Shown here piece after piece: positions 16,204-25,326 of a stretch of DNA of 64,000 nt. Within the stretch, counting starts at the first letter, position 1. Each line of letters opens with the position of its first letter. A program made the position numbers and the translations under genes. Source of the DNA: a virus (Duplodnaviria; Caudoviricetes); the IMG/VR virus record IMGVR_UViG_3300048579_000388, positions 10,454 through 74,453 of that record. One strand, given 5' to 3'. Below the pieces are notes generated by a model, which saw only the letters and a program-made list of their open reading frames with translations, had not been told where the DNA came from and did no database searches.

Positions 16204-16613
16204 GGATAAACCCTCTCGCTGAGCGATTTGCCAATCGCCTGAGCGACCTCCGATGCGCGCTCGGCATCCGACACATTGACCGAGATATGGCTGGTTAGCG
16301 CCATGCGCTCGTGTCTTCCGACCTTACGGGCGACTTCCTGCAGTGCGGTCAGGATCTGCTGCTGGTCGCGCTTCAGCTTCGCGATTTCGGTTGCCAGTTC
16401 ATCGACGCGGCTTTCCACTTTGAGGCGAAAGGTCTTGGGCATCGCCTTTGGCGTTGCTGCGCGGTCAAGGGCTGCGGCGCAAGTCAGCAGACTTTCGGCG
16501 ATCTTGCGGGCGGCATCGGCCGTCATAAGGACCTCTGGCGACACAGAAAAACCGCGCTCCACGACGTAGCAGCTGACGCTGTCACCGCTGGTCTGAACAA
16601 GAAGTCGCGCCAT
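16197..16613 (-). CDS. Hypothetical protein with coiled-coil segment
   Basis: ORF in the tightly packed leftward operon. Confidence 0.6.
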   Translation of the reverse strand: MARLLVQTSGDSVSCYVVERGFSVSPEVLMTADAARKIAESLLTCAAALDRAATPKAMPKTFRLKVESRVDELATEIAKLKRDQQQILTALQEVARKVGRHERMALTSHISVNVSDAERASEVAQAIGKSLSERVYPC

Positions 16614-16846
16614 CAGCAGCCCTCCATGCGAAGCTGGCCGGCTGCGATCTGGCGGGCATAGCGGGCGCGCTGGCGGGTCGAGGAGTGGGGGTAAGTCCTG
16701 CCGCTACGCAGGCGGAAGCTGGGCTTGCCCCAGCTCGCCTGCTTCTCGGCGATCAGCATGTCGGTGTAAGTGCCACCCACGCCGCCGGCCAGAAGGATGA
16801 AGGGCGAGATGATGGAAGACAGGAGACCGTAGGGGAAGCGGCGCAT
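16613..16846 (-). CDS. Small hypothetical protein
   Basis: Start MRRFPYG; TGATG overlaps on both sides. Confidence 0.55.
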   Translation of the reverse strand: MRRFPYGLLSSIISPFILLAGGVGGTYTDMLIAEKQASWGKPSFRLRSGRTYPHSSTRQRARYARQIAAGQLRMEGC

Positions 16847-16977
16847 CAGTAAGCCCCCATGATCGAGCCGACGGCCGAGGCGAGCGCGGCCGAGACGATG
16901 ACGACGAGCATGAGCGTGATACCAGGGGTCGGCGATGGCTCGGGTCGGGTGATGAGGTCGGAAAGCTGGAAGCGCAT
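16846..16977 (-). CDS. Small hydrophobic hypothetical protein (43 aa)
   Basis: MRFQLSD...LMLVVIVSAALASAVGSIMGAY; stop overlaps the next start. Confidence 0.45.
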   Translation of the reverse strand: MRFQLSDLITRPEPSPTPGITLMLVVIVSAALASAVGSIMGAY

Positions 16978-17042
16978 GAAATTCCCCGATGTATTGAATA
17001 TCCGCCAGCCGCGCGCGGCGGCGGATGCTCAATCCATCGTGC

Positions 17043-17216
17043 TTAGTGGATGCTCTCAGCCATCTTGCGCGCCGTGTCGGCGGCGTAGGTGCCGAGCTTT
17101 TCGACGGTCTTGGCGCCGAAGAGGGGGATCAGTTCTTCCTTGGTGGTGTGTCCGTCCAGCATGGCCTTGGCCATTTCGGTCAGGGTCGAGCGGTCGGTGG
17201 TGGAGAGGGTCTGCAT
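17043..17216 (-). CDS. Small hypothetical protein (57 aa), probable first gene of the leftward early operon
   Basis: AGAAAGGA SD before MQTLSTTDRS; TAA at 17043. Confidence 0.55.
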   Translation of the reverse strand: MQTLSTTDRSTLTEMAKAMLDGHTTKEELIPLFGAKTVEKLGTYAADTARKMAESIH

Positions 17217-17377
17217 GGCTTTTCCTTTCTGGTGTGCCGCGGTCGGGTAACGAGCCCGCCCCGGCTGGCGGTGAATTCTCTCGGTGTCTTCAGCTACTTT
17301 TTCATGGCTGCCTCCCTTTTGGGTTGCGTCGCTACTCCCTTAGCGCCAGACTGAACCCGGTGATACGGAGGGGAAAA

Positions 17378-17716
17378 ATGAAGAGGGTGATCGGTGTGAT
17401 CGGCGCGATGCTGATGGCAGGCTCTGCGGGCGCCAGCGAAAGGCAAGATGCGCTTGAGAGGATCGGCGAAGCGGTGGCCTTCAGCCTGGCTTGCCCGCAG
17501 GCGAAGCTGAATGGGGACAACATGGACCTTGTCGCGATCGAATACGGTATCGACCTGACAACCGGTTCCAGCGACAGCATTTCGATCAACGCAGTCTCGT
17601 CGCAGCGGATGGACATCTATCGCAAGTATGCGGAGTCCGCGGTTTGCCTGGTTGCCATCGATCTCTTCGGTCCCAGCGGACGCCGGATACCGAATTTGCT
17701 GATCGATGAGCGCTGA
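17378..17716 (+). CDS. Exported hypothetical protein (moron-like)
   Basis: GGAGGGG SD; signal-peptide-like MKRVIGVIGAMLMAGSAGA; two Cys. Confidence 0.65.
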   Translation: MKRVIGVIGAMLMAGSAGASERQDALERIGEAVAFSLACPQAKLNGDNMDLVAIEYGIDLTTGSSDSISINAVSSQRMDIYRKYAESAVCLVAIDLFGPSGRRIPNLLIDER

Positions 17717-17848
17717 GACAATTCCAGACATTCCGGCTCCAGCCGGTGGGATGTCCCGGCCGAACGGCCGGGAAGCCCCAACCGTCCGGCCGGGGTTTGA
17801 TCTCGCTGGGAGGAGGAGCGCGAGACCCGTGCACCGGTCAACGGAAAT

Positions 17849-17893
17849 GCTTATAATCCATAATTATAAAAAATGACAAGCGAAAATTATAAG
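17849..17893. promoter_or_regulatory. AT-rich leftward-promoter region with CTTATAAT-type motifs (candidate operators)
   Basis: GCTTATAAT at 17849 and inverted AATTATAAG at 17885; the same motif occurs in the cI-cro gap. Confidence 0.45.
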
Positions 17894-17969
17894 AAGAGCT
17901 TGGAAAAAGCGACTCGACTCTCGTCTCAAAAGAATCAATTATGAGAACGTACGTAGAACAACGGAGTTC

Positions 17970-18275
17970 ATGATGGGCTTGGCGGATCCCGTGTTGAATG
18001 ATGCTAACGTCATCTCGATTGAGTGCGGCGATTGCGGACGCAGCAGATGGAGGAAGCCGGCTCAGCTTCTTTCGAGAAAAATTTCGCTGTCAACGCCGCT
18101 GAGCGAAGTCGTCTCCAAATTCTACTGCCTTCCCTGTAGAGAAGAGGGTTCAGACGGCAAGAATGTCACGGTGGACGTTATGTTTTGTGTCGATTTCGAC
18201 CGGGTGACTGCTGAGCAGGCAGTACTTAGAACCCAAGTAGTTCTTTCGTCGGGATTACACGCCAAAGCGTCTTAA
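17970..18275 (+). CDS. Small zinc-ribbon-like hypothetical protein
   Basis: CGDC and CLPC pairs; converges on and overlaps the cI 3' end. Confidence 0.55.
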   Translation: MMGLADPVLNDANVISIECGDCGRSRWRKPAQLLSRKISLSTPLSEVVSKFYCLPCREEGSDGKNVTVDVMFCVDFDRVTAEQAVLRTQVVLSSGLHAKAS

Positions 18276-18921
18276 CGCCGTAGCGATCAAAAATCAGTTC
18301 CCGTTCTGGGTTGAACTGTTTGACAACAATATCCTTCGACGTACGGCGTAGCAGTCGCTTGACGAATGCTTTCCCGGCCTCGCCCTCGTTTTCAGGGAAC
18401 ATTTCAATTACCACATCATCCCCGGGAACAGGTTCGCGTCCCCCGCAGACAATTACCTCGCCAGCGGAGAATCGGGGTTCCATGCTGTCGCTCAATAGAT
18501 TGAGCGCGAAGACGTTACGAACGTTGGCAATGCCAGGTGGCCTCCGAATGTAGCTTGCCACCTCGCCGTTAAAGGAAAAATCTCCTTCGTCCCCGCCGTA
18601 GGCAACGCCGCGCACCTCGAGATCCATCGGGCCTAGCGCATTCGCTGGGGTGAGATCTGTCACGATTTCTGCGTCACCGAGATCGTCATCTCCCAAATAG
18701 ATAAGTTCACCGCGGGTCAAGGCGGTCGGATCAACGCGAAGCTTTTCGGCGGTCCTTACCAAATTCTCAGTCGAGGGAAGGTTTGTGCCGATTTCCCACT
18801 GTCCCACGGCGGCGGTTTTAACGCCCACGTGTTCGGCAATATTGCGCTGAACGAGGCCGCGCCTTTTTCGCGCGGTCCGGATAGCTATGCCGATCTGCTG
18901 TGCCAGCGTGCCTTTAGTCAT
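18226..18921 (-). CDS. cI: CI-like repressor (XRE HTH + S24 peptidase)
   Basis: IRTARKRRGLVQRNIAEHVGVKTAAVGQWE HTH; VFALNLLSDSMEPRF (Ser) and AFVKRL (Lys). Confidence 0.92.
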   Translation of the reverse strand: MTKGTLAQQIGIAIRTARKRRGLVQRNIAEHVGVKTAAVGQWEIGTNLPSTENLVRTAEKLRVDPTALTRGELIYLGDDDLGDAEIVTDLTPANALGPMDLEVRGVAYGGDEGDFSFNGEVASYIRRPPGIANVRNVFALNLLSDSMEPRFSAGEVIVCGGREPVPGDDVVIEMFPENEGEAGKAFVKRLLRRTSKDIVVKQFNPERELIFDRYGVKTLWRVIPTKELLGF

Positions 18922-19003
18922 GCTTATAATTGGGCTTGGCCCAACCTTCCGGTCTACATAATTATCGCTTGCACGAATTTGTAATTTATGCTTATAAGCG
19001 GCC
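18922..19003. promoter_or_regulatory. cI/cro divergent control region with candidate operators
   Basis: GCTTATAAT at 18922 and palindrome GCTTATAAGC at 18990-18999. Confidence 0.6.
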
Positions 19004-19222
19004 ATGACTGATCAACTTGCCATGTCTGAACTGTACGAGAAGGCTGGTAGCGCGTCCGAATTGGCGCGCCGGCTCGGGATATCGCCATCTGCTGTTCTGC
19101 AGTGGGATAAAGTGCCGGCCAACCGTGTCTTAGCGGTTGAGAAGATCACTGGGATCTTACGACATCTTCAGCGCCCTGACATCTTTGGCGATGCGCCCGT
19201 TGTGCCGGAGGCCGCCGAATGA
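19004..19222 (+). CDS. cro: Cro-like (YdaS-type) repressor
   Basis: GSASELARRLGISPSAVLQWDKVPANRVLAVEKITG...LQRPDIF; divergent from cI. Confidence 0.88.
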   Translation: MTDQLAMSELYEKAGSASELARRLGISPSAVLQWDKVPANRVLAVEKITGILRHLQRPDIFGDAPVVPEAAE

Positions 19223-19231
19223 AGCGCCCCG

Positions 19232-19636
19232 CTAAGACTGCAGTTTTGGCTTTAAGCGACGAGCGAGTTGCACCTCAGCGTCTTCGATCCATTTCTGGAC
19301 AGATGAAGGAGCAAGACGAAGCGTCAGAGAGGTCGCTCCTGGAGATTTCGCTTGCAGGACGAATTTTTCCTGCAGTTGAAGTTTCTCTATCTTTTTCTCG
19401 ATCTCAAGTGGTTGCAGTTCCCCAGGGGCAAGAACATGCCCGGCTGTTGCGTGAAAATCTTTCGATTCTCGTAGGAGGAGCGCATCAACCATGATGTGGA
19501 CAATCTCCCGATCGAGCCCTTTCGGTATCATGATCGACAGCTGGTCGCCATCAGCAGTCCTGACGCCAACGTACATGTCCTCACCGCGCACATGGAGTTG
19601 CAACAAGTCTGTGACTTCGATCGATTTTGTGGTCAT
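19232..19636 (-). CDS. Antisense hypothetical protein (moron-like, 134 aa)
   Basis: GAGGGG SD before MTTKSIEV; protein-like composition; lower GC. Confidence 0.55.
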   Translation of the reverse strand: MTTKSIEVTDLLQLHVRGEDMYVGVRTADGDQLSIMIPKGLDREIVHIMVDALLLRESKDFHATAGHVLAPGELQPLEIEKKIEKLQLQEKFVLQAKSPGATSLTLRLAPSSVQKWIEDAEVQLARRLKPKLQS

Positions 19637-19918
19637 GCGGCCCCCCTCTGACTTTGCCGTGAAATGCAAGCATATTGCGAGCCTTCTGTCGATGGTGCTG
19701 CGCTTGCGTGCGCCTCACCCTGTTCCCTCCCGGCAGCGTGTCGCCAGGCTGCCGGAAACTCTCCCCGGATCGTCCGTCCCAACTTGCGATCCGGGGTCTT
19801 TTCCTTCGATGGCATGCGGTCCTCCATAAGCGTCTGACTGGGCGGACCATCACATCTTCAATTCAATCCCACCACGGGATTTTCTGCCACGCAATCCCGT
19901 GGCGGGACGGGGGTTTTT

Positions 19919-20419
19919 ATGTCTCAGGACGAAGCCTGGTTTCACCGCATCAAGAGCGCGCAGCGCGACCTGATCCGCCTGTGCGGCGGGCTCGATCGAT
20001 GCGTCGAGGTTACCTCGATCTCGCGCAGCCATCTCGGCCGCATGCAGAATGCCGCCGATGCCGAGATCATGCCGATCGCGGCGGTGATCGCGCTCGAGGC
20101 CGATTGCGGCCAGGCGCTGATCACGTCGGTCATGGCCAGCATCAATGGCCGACGGCTGACCGATCCGGAACAGGAAGAGGCGGTGAGCGCCTGCGTGCTG
20201 TCGAGCTATGCTGACTATCGCCGCGAGGATGCCGAGCTCGGCGTCGAGGTCGCGCTCGGCATGGCCGACGGCGCCTTGACCCCGGCCGAGATAACCCGCG
20301 CCGACCGCAAGGCCGCGAAGGTGCAGGAGAAGCTTGCCGATTTCCGCTCGGCGCTCGCCTCCGGCAAGGCGATCGGCGGCACGAAGACGCGTCTGCGCGT
20401 GGTCGGGGAGGGTGAATGA
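19919..20419 (+). CDS. CII-like phage regulatory protein
   Basis: Position after cro; RIKSAQRDLIRLCGG...IMPIAAVIALEADCGQALITSVMA pattern. Confidence 0.65.
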   Translation: MSQDEAWFHRIKSAQRDLIRLCGGLDRCVEVTSISRSHLGRMQNAADAEIMPIAAVIALEADCGQALITSVMASINGRRLTDPEQEEAVSACVLSSYADYRREDAELGVEVALGMADGALTPAEITRADRKAAKVQEKLADFRSALASGKAIGGTKTRLRVVGEGE

Positions 20420-20769
20420 TGCGCCTCCTGTCCTTTGCCGGCATCCTCCTCGCCTGCCTAGGCATCGCCTTCGGCCTTTGCGTGATGGTGGCGCTGCTGT
20501 CGTTGTTCTCGGTCAGCTTCGCGCACACCGCGCCTTCCGGGTGGTCCTATGACAGCAGCTGCTGCTCGACGACGGATTGCCGGCAGGTGCCGGCGAGCTG
20601 GGTGCGCGAGACGGGCGAGGGCTATCTGCTCGTCAAGACGCGCGAGATGCTGCGTCATGGCGACAAGCGCATCAAGGTCAGCCCGGATGGGCTGTGGCAC
20701 TGGTGCACGACGGCCGGCAGGGACGATGCCGGCACCATTTGCCTCTATGTGCCGCCGCGGGGGATGTGA
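20416..20769 (+). CDS. Exported Cys-rich hypothetical phage protein
   Basis: Hydrophobic leader then HTAPSGWSYDSSCCSTTDC...WHWC...ICLYVP. Confidence 0.7.
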   Translation: MMRLLSFAGILLACLGIAFGLCVMVALLSLFSVSFAHTAPSGWSYDSSCCSTTDCRQVPASWVRETGEGYLLVKTREMLRHGDKRIKVSPDGLWHWCTTAGRDDAGTICLYVPPRGM

Positions 20770-20957
20770 TGAAGCGATCCTCCGATTTCGAACAGCGCGA
20801 AACCGAGCTCGACAGGTCCATCGACGCGATTGCCCAGCAGCATGTCGAGGACGGTTCGGACTGGCGCAGGCATTTCCACGCCAATCACGGCCGGTTCTGG
20901 GCCGGTATCCCGCGCCTCGGTGATGATCGCCGCTGGCAGAATGCGAGGGCGGCATGA
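20769..20957 (+). CDS. Small hypothetical protein
   Basis: TGATG and ATGA overlaps with neighbours. Confidence 0.5.
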   Translation: MKRSSDFEQRETELDRSIDAIAQQHVEDGSDWRRHFHANHGRFWAGIPRLGDDRRWQNARAA

Positions 20958-21448
20958 GCGGCTTCTGGACCATGGACGCAAAGCGGCAGGCCGCAGAGAT
21001 CTGGAACAATGGCGGGTCGGCGAGCGACATTGCCAAGGTTTTCGGCGTCAGCCGCAACTCCGCAATCGGCATCGTTCATCGCAATCGCGGTCTGTTCAAG
21101 ACCAAGCCTCGACAGGTGAAGCAGGCGCGGTTGCCGAAGCCGGAGAAGATGTTCCGGCCAAAGCTGGTCAAAGCTGCGCCCCGCGCGGCAGCTCTGCGTG
21201 TCGTCGCCACGGTGACTGCGGAACTGCACGAGATGTTCGAGGCGGCTGAGCCGGTCGTCGAGGCCGTCGAAACCAGTTTCTCGCCGATCAGGCCCATCCC
21301 CTTCCTCAAGGTGACCGATGCGACGTGCCGATGGCCGCTCTGGACGCTGCCGGACAATCCGGGCGGCGAGGGGCTGTGCTGCGGCGATCCGACGGACGGC
21401 AATAGCAGCTGGTGTTCCTATCATCGAAAGCGGGCGAGGGCGCAATGA
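20954..21448 (+). CDS. gcrA: GcrA-like cell-cycle regulator homolog
   Basis: WT...GGSASDIAKVFGVSRNSAIGIVHR N-terminus; TCRWPL...CCG...WCSYHRKRA C-terminus. Confidence 0.88.
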   Translation: MSGFWTMDAKRQAAEIWNNGGSASDIAKVFGVSRNSAIGIVHRNRGLFKTKPRQVKQARLPKPEKMFRPKLVKAAPRAAALRVVATVTAELHEMFEAAEPVVEAVETSFSPIRPIPFLKVTDATCRWPLWTLPDNPGGEGLCCGDPTDGNSSWCSYHRKRARAQ

Positions 21449-21867
21449 GACTATCCTTTTCGATAGATAATGACGTGATTGCCGGACGCCTGGTCAGCGA
21501 GGCGATGCGGCTGCGCTGCGACCCGAGGCAGCTGGGTGCGGCGCTGCTCAGCGTCGTGCTTGACGGCAGGCTGGTCGATAGCGTGCTCGATGGCAGCGAT
21601 CCCAAGCGATACGCCCGGCAGAAGCGGCTGCCGATCGAGGACCGGATCGACGCGATCATGCTCCATGTCGCCACCGTGATCCACAACAGTCCCGGCGGAC
21701 AGGCTGCACTCAGCGTGCGTGACATTGCGCGCGCGACCGGCGTCACCTCTGGCGTCGCTGGGCGGGCGCTCAAGCTGCTGGTCGCTAATGGACGGCTGAA
21801 TGCGGCGCGCGGCGGTCACAAGGAAAAGACCATCTATTCACTGCCGGCACGGGAGGCGGGACATTGA
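21445..21867 (+). CDS. Hypothetical protein with C-terminal HTH
   Basis: LSVRDIARATGVTSGVAGRALKLL. Confidence 0.6.
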   Translation: MRLSFSIDNDVIAGRLVSEAMRLRCDPRQLGAALLSVVLDGRLVDSVLDGSDPKRYARQKRLPIEDRIDAIMLHVATVIHNSPGGQAALSVRDIARATGVTSGVAGRALKLLVANGRLNAARGGHKEKTIYSLPAREAGH

Positions 21868-22070
21868 AATCCGACCTCGTCGACGTCAACGGCGTTCGCC
21901 ATGCTGAAACCACCAAGGCGGTGATGTTCTCGGCTGACGGCGTGCCGGAGAATGGTGTCTGGCTACCCAAGGCGCATTGTGAATTCGAACCGTTCCGCGG
22001 CCGCGACGGCCGGCCTTACGTCAAGGCGACCATGCCGGAATGGCTGGCGGTTGAAAAGGGGCTTGTCTGA
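21864..22070 (+). CDS. Small hypothetical phage protein (TTG start)
   Basis: ETTKAVMF...VWLPKAHCE...TMPEWLAVEKGLV; coupled to both neighbours. Confidence 0.65.
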   Translation: MKSDLVDVNGVRHAETTKAVMFSADGVPENGVWLPKAHCEFEPFRGRDGRPYVKATMPEWLAVEKGLV

Positions 22071-23449
22071 TGGATTACGCCGAATTCCTTGCCGCCAAGC
22101 GCATCATGGATCCTGCGAGCGGTATACCCTACCGCGTCACGCTGCCGGATTTCTTCAAGCCGCACCAGGCCGATATTGTGCAATGGGGCTTGCGGCGCGG
22201 CCGTGCGGCGGTCTTTGCCGGAACCGGGCTTGGCAAGACGCTGATGGAACTGGTGTGGGCGCGCGAGGTGGCGAGCTTCACCCGCAAGCCGGTGCTGGTG
22301 CTTGCGCCGCTTGCCGTCAGCCAGCAGCATGGCGACGAGGCCGCCAAGTGGGGTGTTGCGGCCTCGGTTGTAACGGCGCAGTCCGGCGCCGATATCGACA
22401 TCACCAATTACCAGAAGCTCGACCATTTCGACCTGTCCGGTTTCGGGGGTATTGCTCTCGACGAGAGCTCGATCCTCAAGAACTATGCTGGCCATTATCG
22501 CAACAGGCTGATCACCGAAGCGGCCAAGTTGCCGTTCCGGCTTGCGGCGACCGCCACGCCTGCGCCCAACGACTTCATGGAGCTCGGCAACCATGCCGAA
22601 TTCCTCGGCGTGATGAGCTATACCGACATGCTCGCGACCTTCTTCGTGCATGACGGATCCTCGACCCGCAACTGGCGGCTCAAGGGGCATGCCGAGGAGG
22701 ATTTCTGGCGCTGGATGGCGAGCTGGGCGGTGATGCTGCGCAAGCCATCGGATCTCGGCTATTCCGACGAAGGCTACGACCTGCCGGAGCTCAACTATCG
22801 TCACCATGTGGTGAGGGCGGACTATGCACCGAGCTTCGAGACAGGGACGCTGTTCCCGCTTGAGGCGCGAACGTTGTCCGAGCGGCTTGCGGCGCGGCGC
22901 GAGAGTGTCGGCGACCGGACGAAGCTGGCCGTCGAAATTACGGACCGGTCGCGGCCGCATGTCTGGTGGTGCAACCTCAATGACGAGGCCGATCTCGTCA
23001 CCCGGAACCTGCCGGGCGCCGTCAATCTGTCAGGCGCCGACGACGACAGGGCCAAGGAACGCAAGCTGCGTGGTTTCGCGGACGGCAGCATTCTCCACAT
23101 GGTGACAAAGCCCGCCATCGCCGGCTTCGGCATGAACTGGCAGCATTGCGCCTCGACCGGATTTGTCGGCCTCAATGACAGTTTCGAGCAGATCTACCAG
23201 GCGATCCGGCGCTTCTGGCGCTTTGGCCAGACCCTGCCGGTGACCGCGCATTTCATATCGGCCGAGCGCGAAGGTGCCGTCGTGGCGAACTACAAGCGCA
23301 AGGAAGCGGACAACGATCGGATGGCCGCCATGATGGTCAAGCACATGGCGGATCTCTCCAGCCGCGAGGTGCGCGGCATCACGCGCGACCGGGCCGACTA
23401 TGCGCCCAAGGTCGAGATGGCAATCCCTGCATGGATGGAGGCGGCATGA
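22070..23449 (+). CDS. SF2 (SNF2-like) helicase
   Basis: GTGLGKT (motif I), LDESS (II), ATATP (III), GMNWQ, QAIRRFWRFGQ (VI). Confidence 0.9.
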   Translation: MDYAEFLAAKRIMDPASGIPYRVTLPDFFKPHQADIVQWGLRRGRAAVFAGTGLGKTLMELVWAREVASFTRKPVLVLAPLAVSQQHGDEAAKWGVAASVVTAQSGADIDITNYQKLDHFDLSGFGGIALDESSILKNYAGHYRNRLITEAAKLPFRLAATATPAPNDFMELGNHAEFLGVMSYTDMLATFFVHDGSSTRNWRLKGHAEEDFWRWMASWAVMLRKPSDLGYSDEGYDLPELNYRHHVVRADYAPSFETGTLFPLEARTLSERLAARRESVGDRTKLAVEITDRSRPHVWWCNLNDEADLVTRNLPGAVNLSGADDDRAKERKLRGFADGSILHMVTKPAIAGFGMNWQHCASTGFVGLNDSFEQIYQAIRRFWRFGQTLPVTAHFISAEREGAVVANYKRKEADNDRMAAMMVKHMADLSSREVRGITRDRADYAPKVEMAIPAWMEAA

Positions 23450-24531
23450 TGGTCGCGAGCGCGAAAAGATCGCCACGCAAGGCAAAGACGGAGAAACCGG
23501 AACCGCAATTGACGGTCGACCAGGTCATCACCGACCGGTACGCGCTCTATCACGGCGACTGCTGCGAGCTGATCAAGGCGCTGCCGACATCGTCGGTGCA
23601 TTTCGGGATCCATTCGCCACCCTTCGAGGGCCTGTACAAGTTCTCCAACGCCGAGCGGGATATTTCCAATTCAGAAGGCGAGACCTTCTGGCGGCACTAC
23701 GGCTTTCTGATTTCTGAGTTGTTGCGCGTCACGAAACCCGGGCGGCTGCATGCCGTACATTGCATGCAGCTGCCGACCTCGAAGAATCGCGACGGCGCGA
23801 TCGGCATGCGGGATTTTCGCGGCGACGTGATCCGCGCCTATCTTGCGGCAGGCTGGATCATGCACAGCGAGGTCTGCATCTGGAAGGATCCCGTGGTTGC
23901 GCAGACGCGGACCAAGTCGATCCGGCTTCTGCACAAGCAGCTGGTCAAGGACGCCTCGCTTTCGGGTCAGGGACTTGCAGATTACATGGTGATGTTCCGC
24001 AAGCCTGGCGAGAACGACACTGCGATCGCGGGAATGTTCGATCGCTGGATCGGGCCGGGTGCGGGTGATGGCGGGCTTGACCTCACGGAGGACGGCTATG
24101 CCGCCTATTGCCGGTCGGTCGAGGCAGAGAAGAAAAAGCCCTGGCCTTTCGACATGTGGCGGTCGGTGTCGGTCTGGCAGCGCTATGCGTCGCCAGTCTG
24201 GATGGATATCCGCCAAACCCGAACACTGCAGTATCGCTCGGCGCGCGACCATAAGGACGAGCAGCACATTTCGCCGCTGCAGCTCGACGTGATCGAGCGG
24301 TGCATGGAGCTGTGGTCACTGCCTGGTGAGACCGTGCTCACGCCGTTCCTTGGGATTGGATCCGAGGTCTATGTAGCCGTCGAGATGGGGCGAAAGGGCA
24401 TCGGGTTTGAGCTGAAGCCCAATTACTTCCGGCAGGCGGTACGCAACATCGAGCAACTCGACCTGCCGCCGGAGGCGCGGCTGTTCGAAGATCCCGAGAT
24501 CGAGGTAGAGCCGGAGATGGCCGATGTCTGA
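23446..24531 (+). CDS. Orphan beta-class amino (N4-C/N6-A) DNA methyltransferase
   Basis: GDCCE, HSPPF (motif IV) preceding LTPFLGIGS (motif I). Confidence 0.9.
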   Translation: MMVASAKRSPRKAKTEKPEPQLTVDQVITDRYALYHGDCCELIKALPTSSVHFGIHSPPFEGLYKFSNAERDISNSEGETFWRHYGFLISELLRVTKPGRLHAVHCMQLPTSKNRDGAIGMRDFRGDVIRAYLAAGWIMHSEVCIWKDPVVAQTRTKSIRLLHKQLVKDASLSGQGLADYMVMFRKPGENDTAIAGMFDRWIGPGAGDGGLDLTEDGYAAYCRSVEAEKKKPWPFDMWRSVSVWQRYASPVWMDIRQTRTLQYRSARDHKDEQHISPLQLDVIERCMELWSLPGETVLTPFLGIGSEVYVAVEMGRKGIGFELKPNYFRQAVRNIEQLDLPPEARLFEDPEIEVEPEMADV

Positions 24532-24958
24532 GATCACCCTCTACATCGCTACGAATGATCCAGCTCGCGCACTGATGGGCGTTTTGGCTTGTTCCGAGGC
24601 GGACCGGCCGAGCTGGTGCGCCGTGATCAGCGATCCCGATCTGATAGACCGGCTGCCCGACGGCGTGCGTGCGGTCGGCATCTGGTATGGCGGCCGCTTC
24701 CGGTCGGAGGCTGAAAAGGCCTGGCGCGAACGCCGGTCGATGGGCGGCATCGTCGGCATGTCGGACGAGGATCTCGAATGGATCGAGCGCTTTATCGAGC
24801 GCCGCGACAAGCGCGAGCGCGAGCTTGCCTTTGCCCATATGGCCGACCGCATTGACCGACCGGCGCTGGACCCTGCGCTTGAAACCGCACCGGCCAGCAT
24901 CGTGGCCAATATACAGGAAGATTTTCGATCCATGGCACTGTCGCAGAGGTGGACGTGA
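24524..24958 (+). CDS. Hypothetical protein
   Basis: Overlapping ORF in the rightward early operon. Confidence 0.6.
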   Translation: MSEITLYIATNDPARALMGVLACSEADRPSWCAVISDPDLIDRLPDGVRAVGIWYGGRFRSEAEKAWRERRSMGGIVGMSDEDLEWIERFIERRDKRERELAFAHMADRIDRPALDPALETAPASIVANIQEDFRSMALSQRWT

Positions 24959-25326
24959 TGGGCGAGAAAATCCTGCTGATCATCGCGCCGACGCTTTACG
25001 ACTGCTGCAAGACGGCCGTGCATTGGGGATTCACGATCGGGCAGATCGACAATTTCCGCAACGTGACGAAGCCGATCGAGCTCCGCAGCGTTCATCCCGG
25101 AACGCCCTTCATCACCTTCGACCGCGAGAACTGGGGCAAGACCCGCCAGGGCTTTGATCTCGACCAGCTGGTCGCGACGCTGCAGCGGACGGGCAAGCTC
25201 CGGATCGCGCAGGATGACGATATCGCCGCGCATCGGTCCTATGAGGGCGTGCCGTTCCGGACGCAGACGGGCGAGGCCTTGCGGTCGGCCGTTGCAACGC
25301 TTGGCCGGCTGGGAGCGGGGCGGTGA
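24958..25326 (+). CDS. Hypothetical protein
   Basis: TGATG overlap upstream and GTGA overlap downstream. Confidence 0.6.
   Translation: MGEKILLIIAPTLYDCCKTAVHWGFTIGQIDNFRNVTKPIELRSVHPGTPFITFDRENWGKTRQGFDLDQLVATLQRTGKLRIAQDDDIAAHRSYEGVPFRTQTGEALRSAVATLGRLGAGR

Noticed and set aside
17720-17830. Cluster of GC-rich hairpins as a put/nut-like antitermination RNA
   Set aside because: Short stems are expected at this GC content, and there is no boxA-like motif or covariation evidence to support it.
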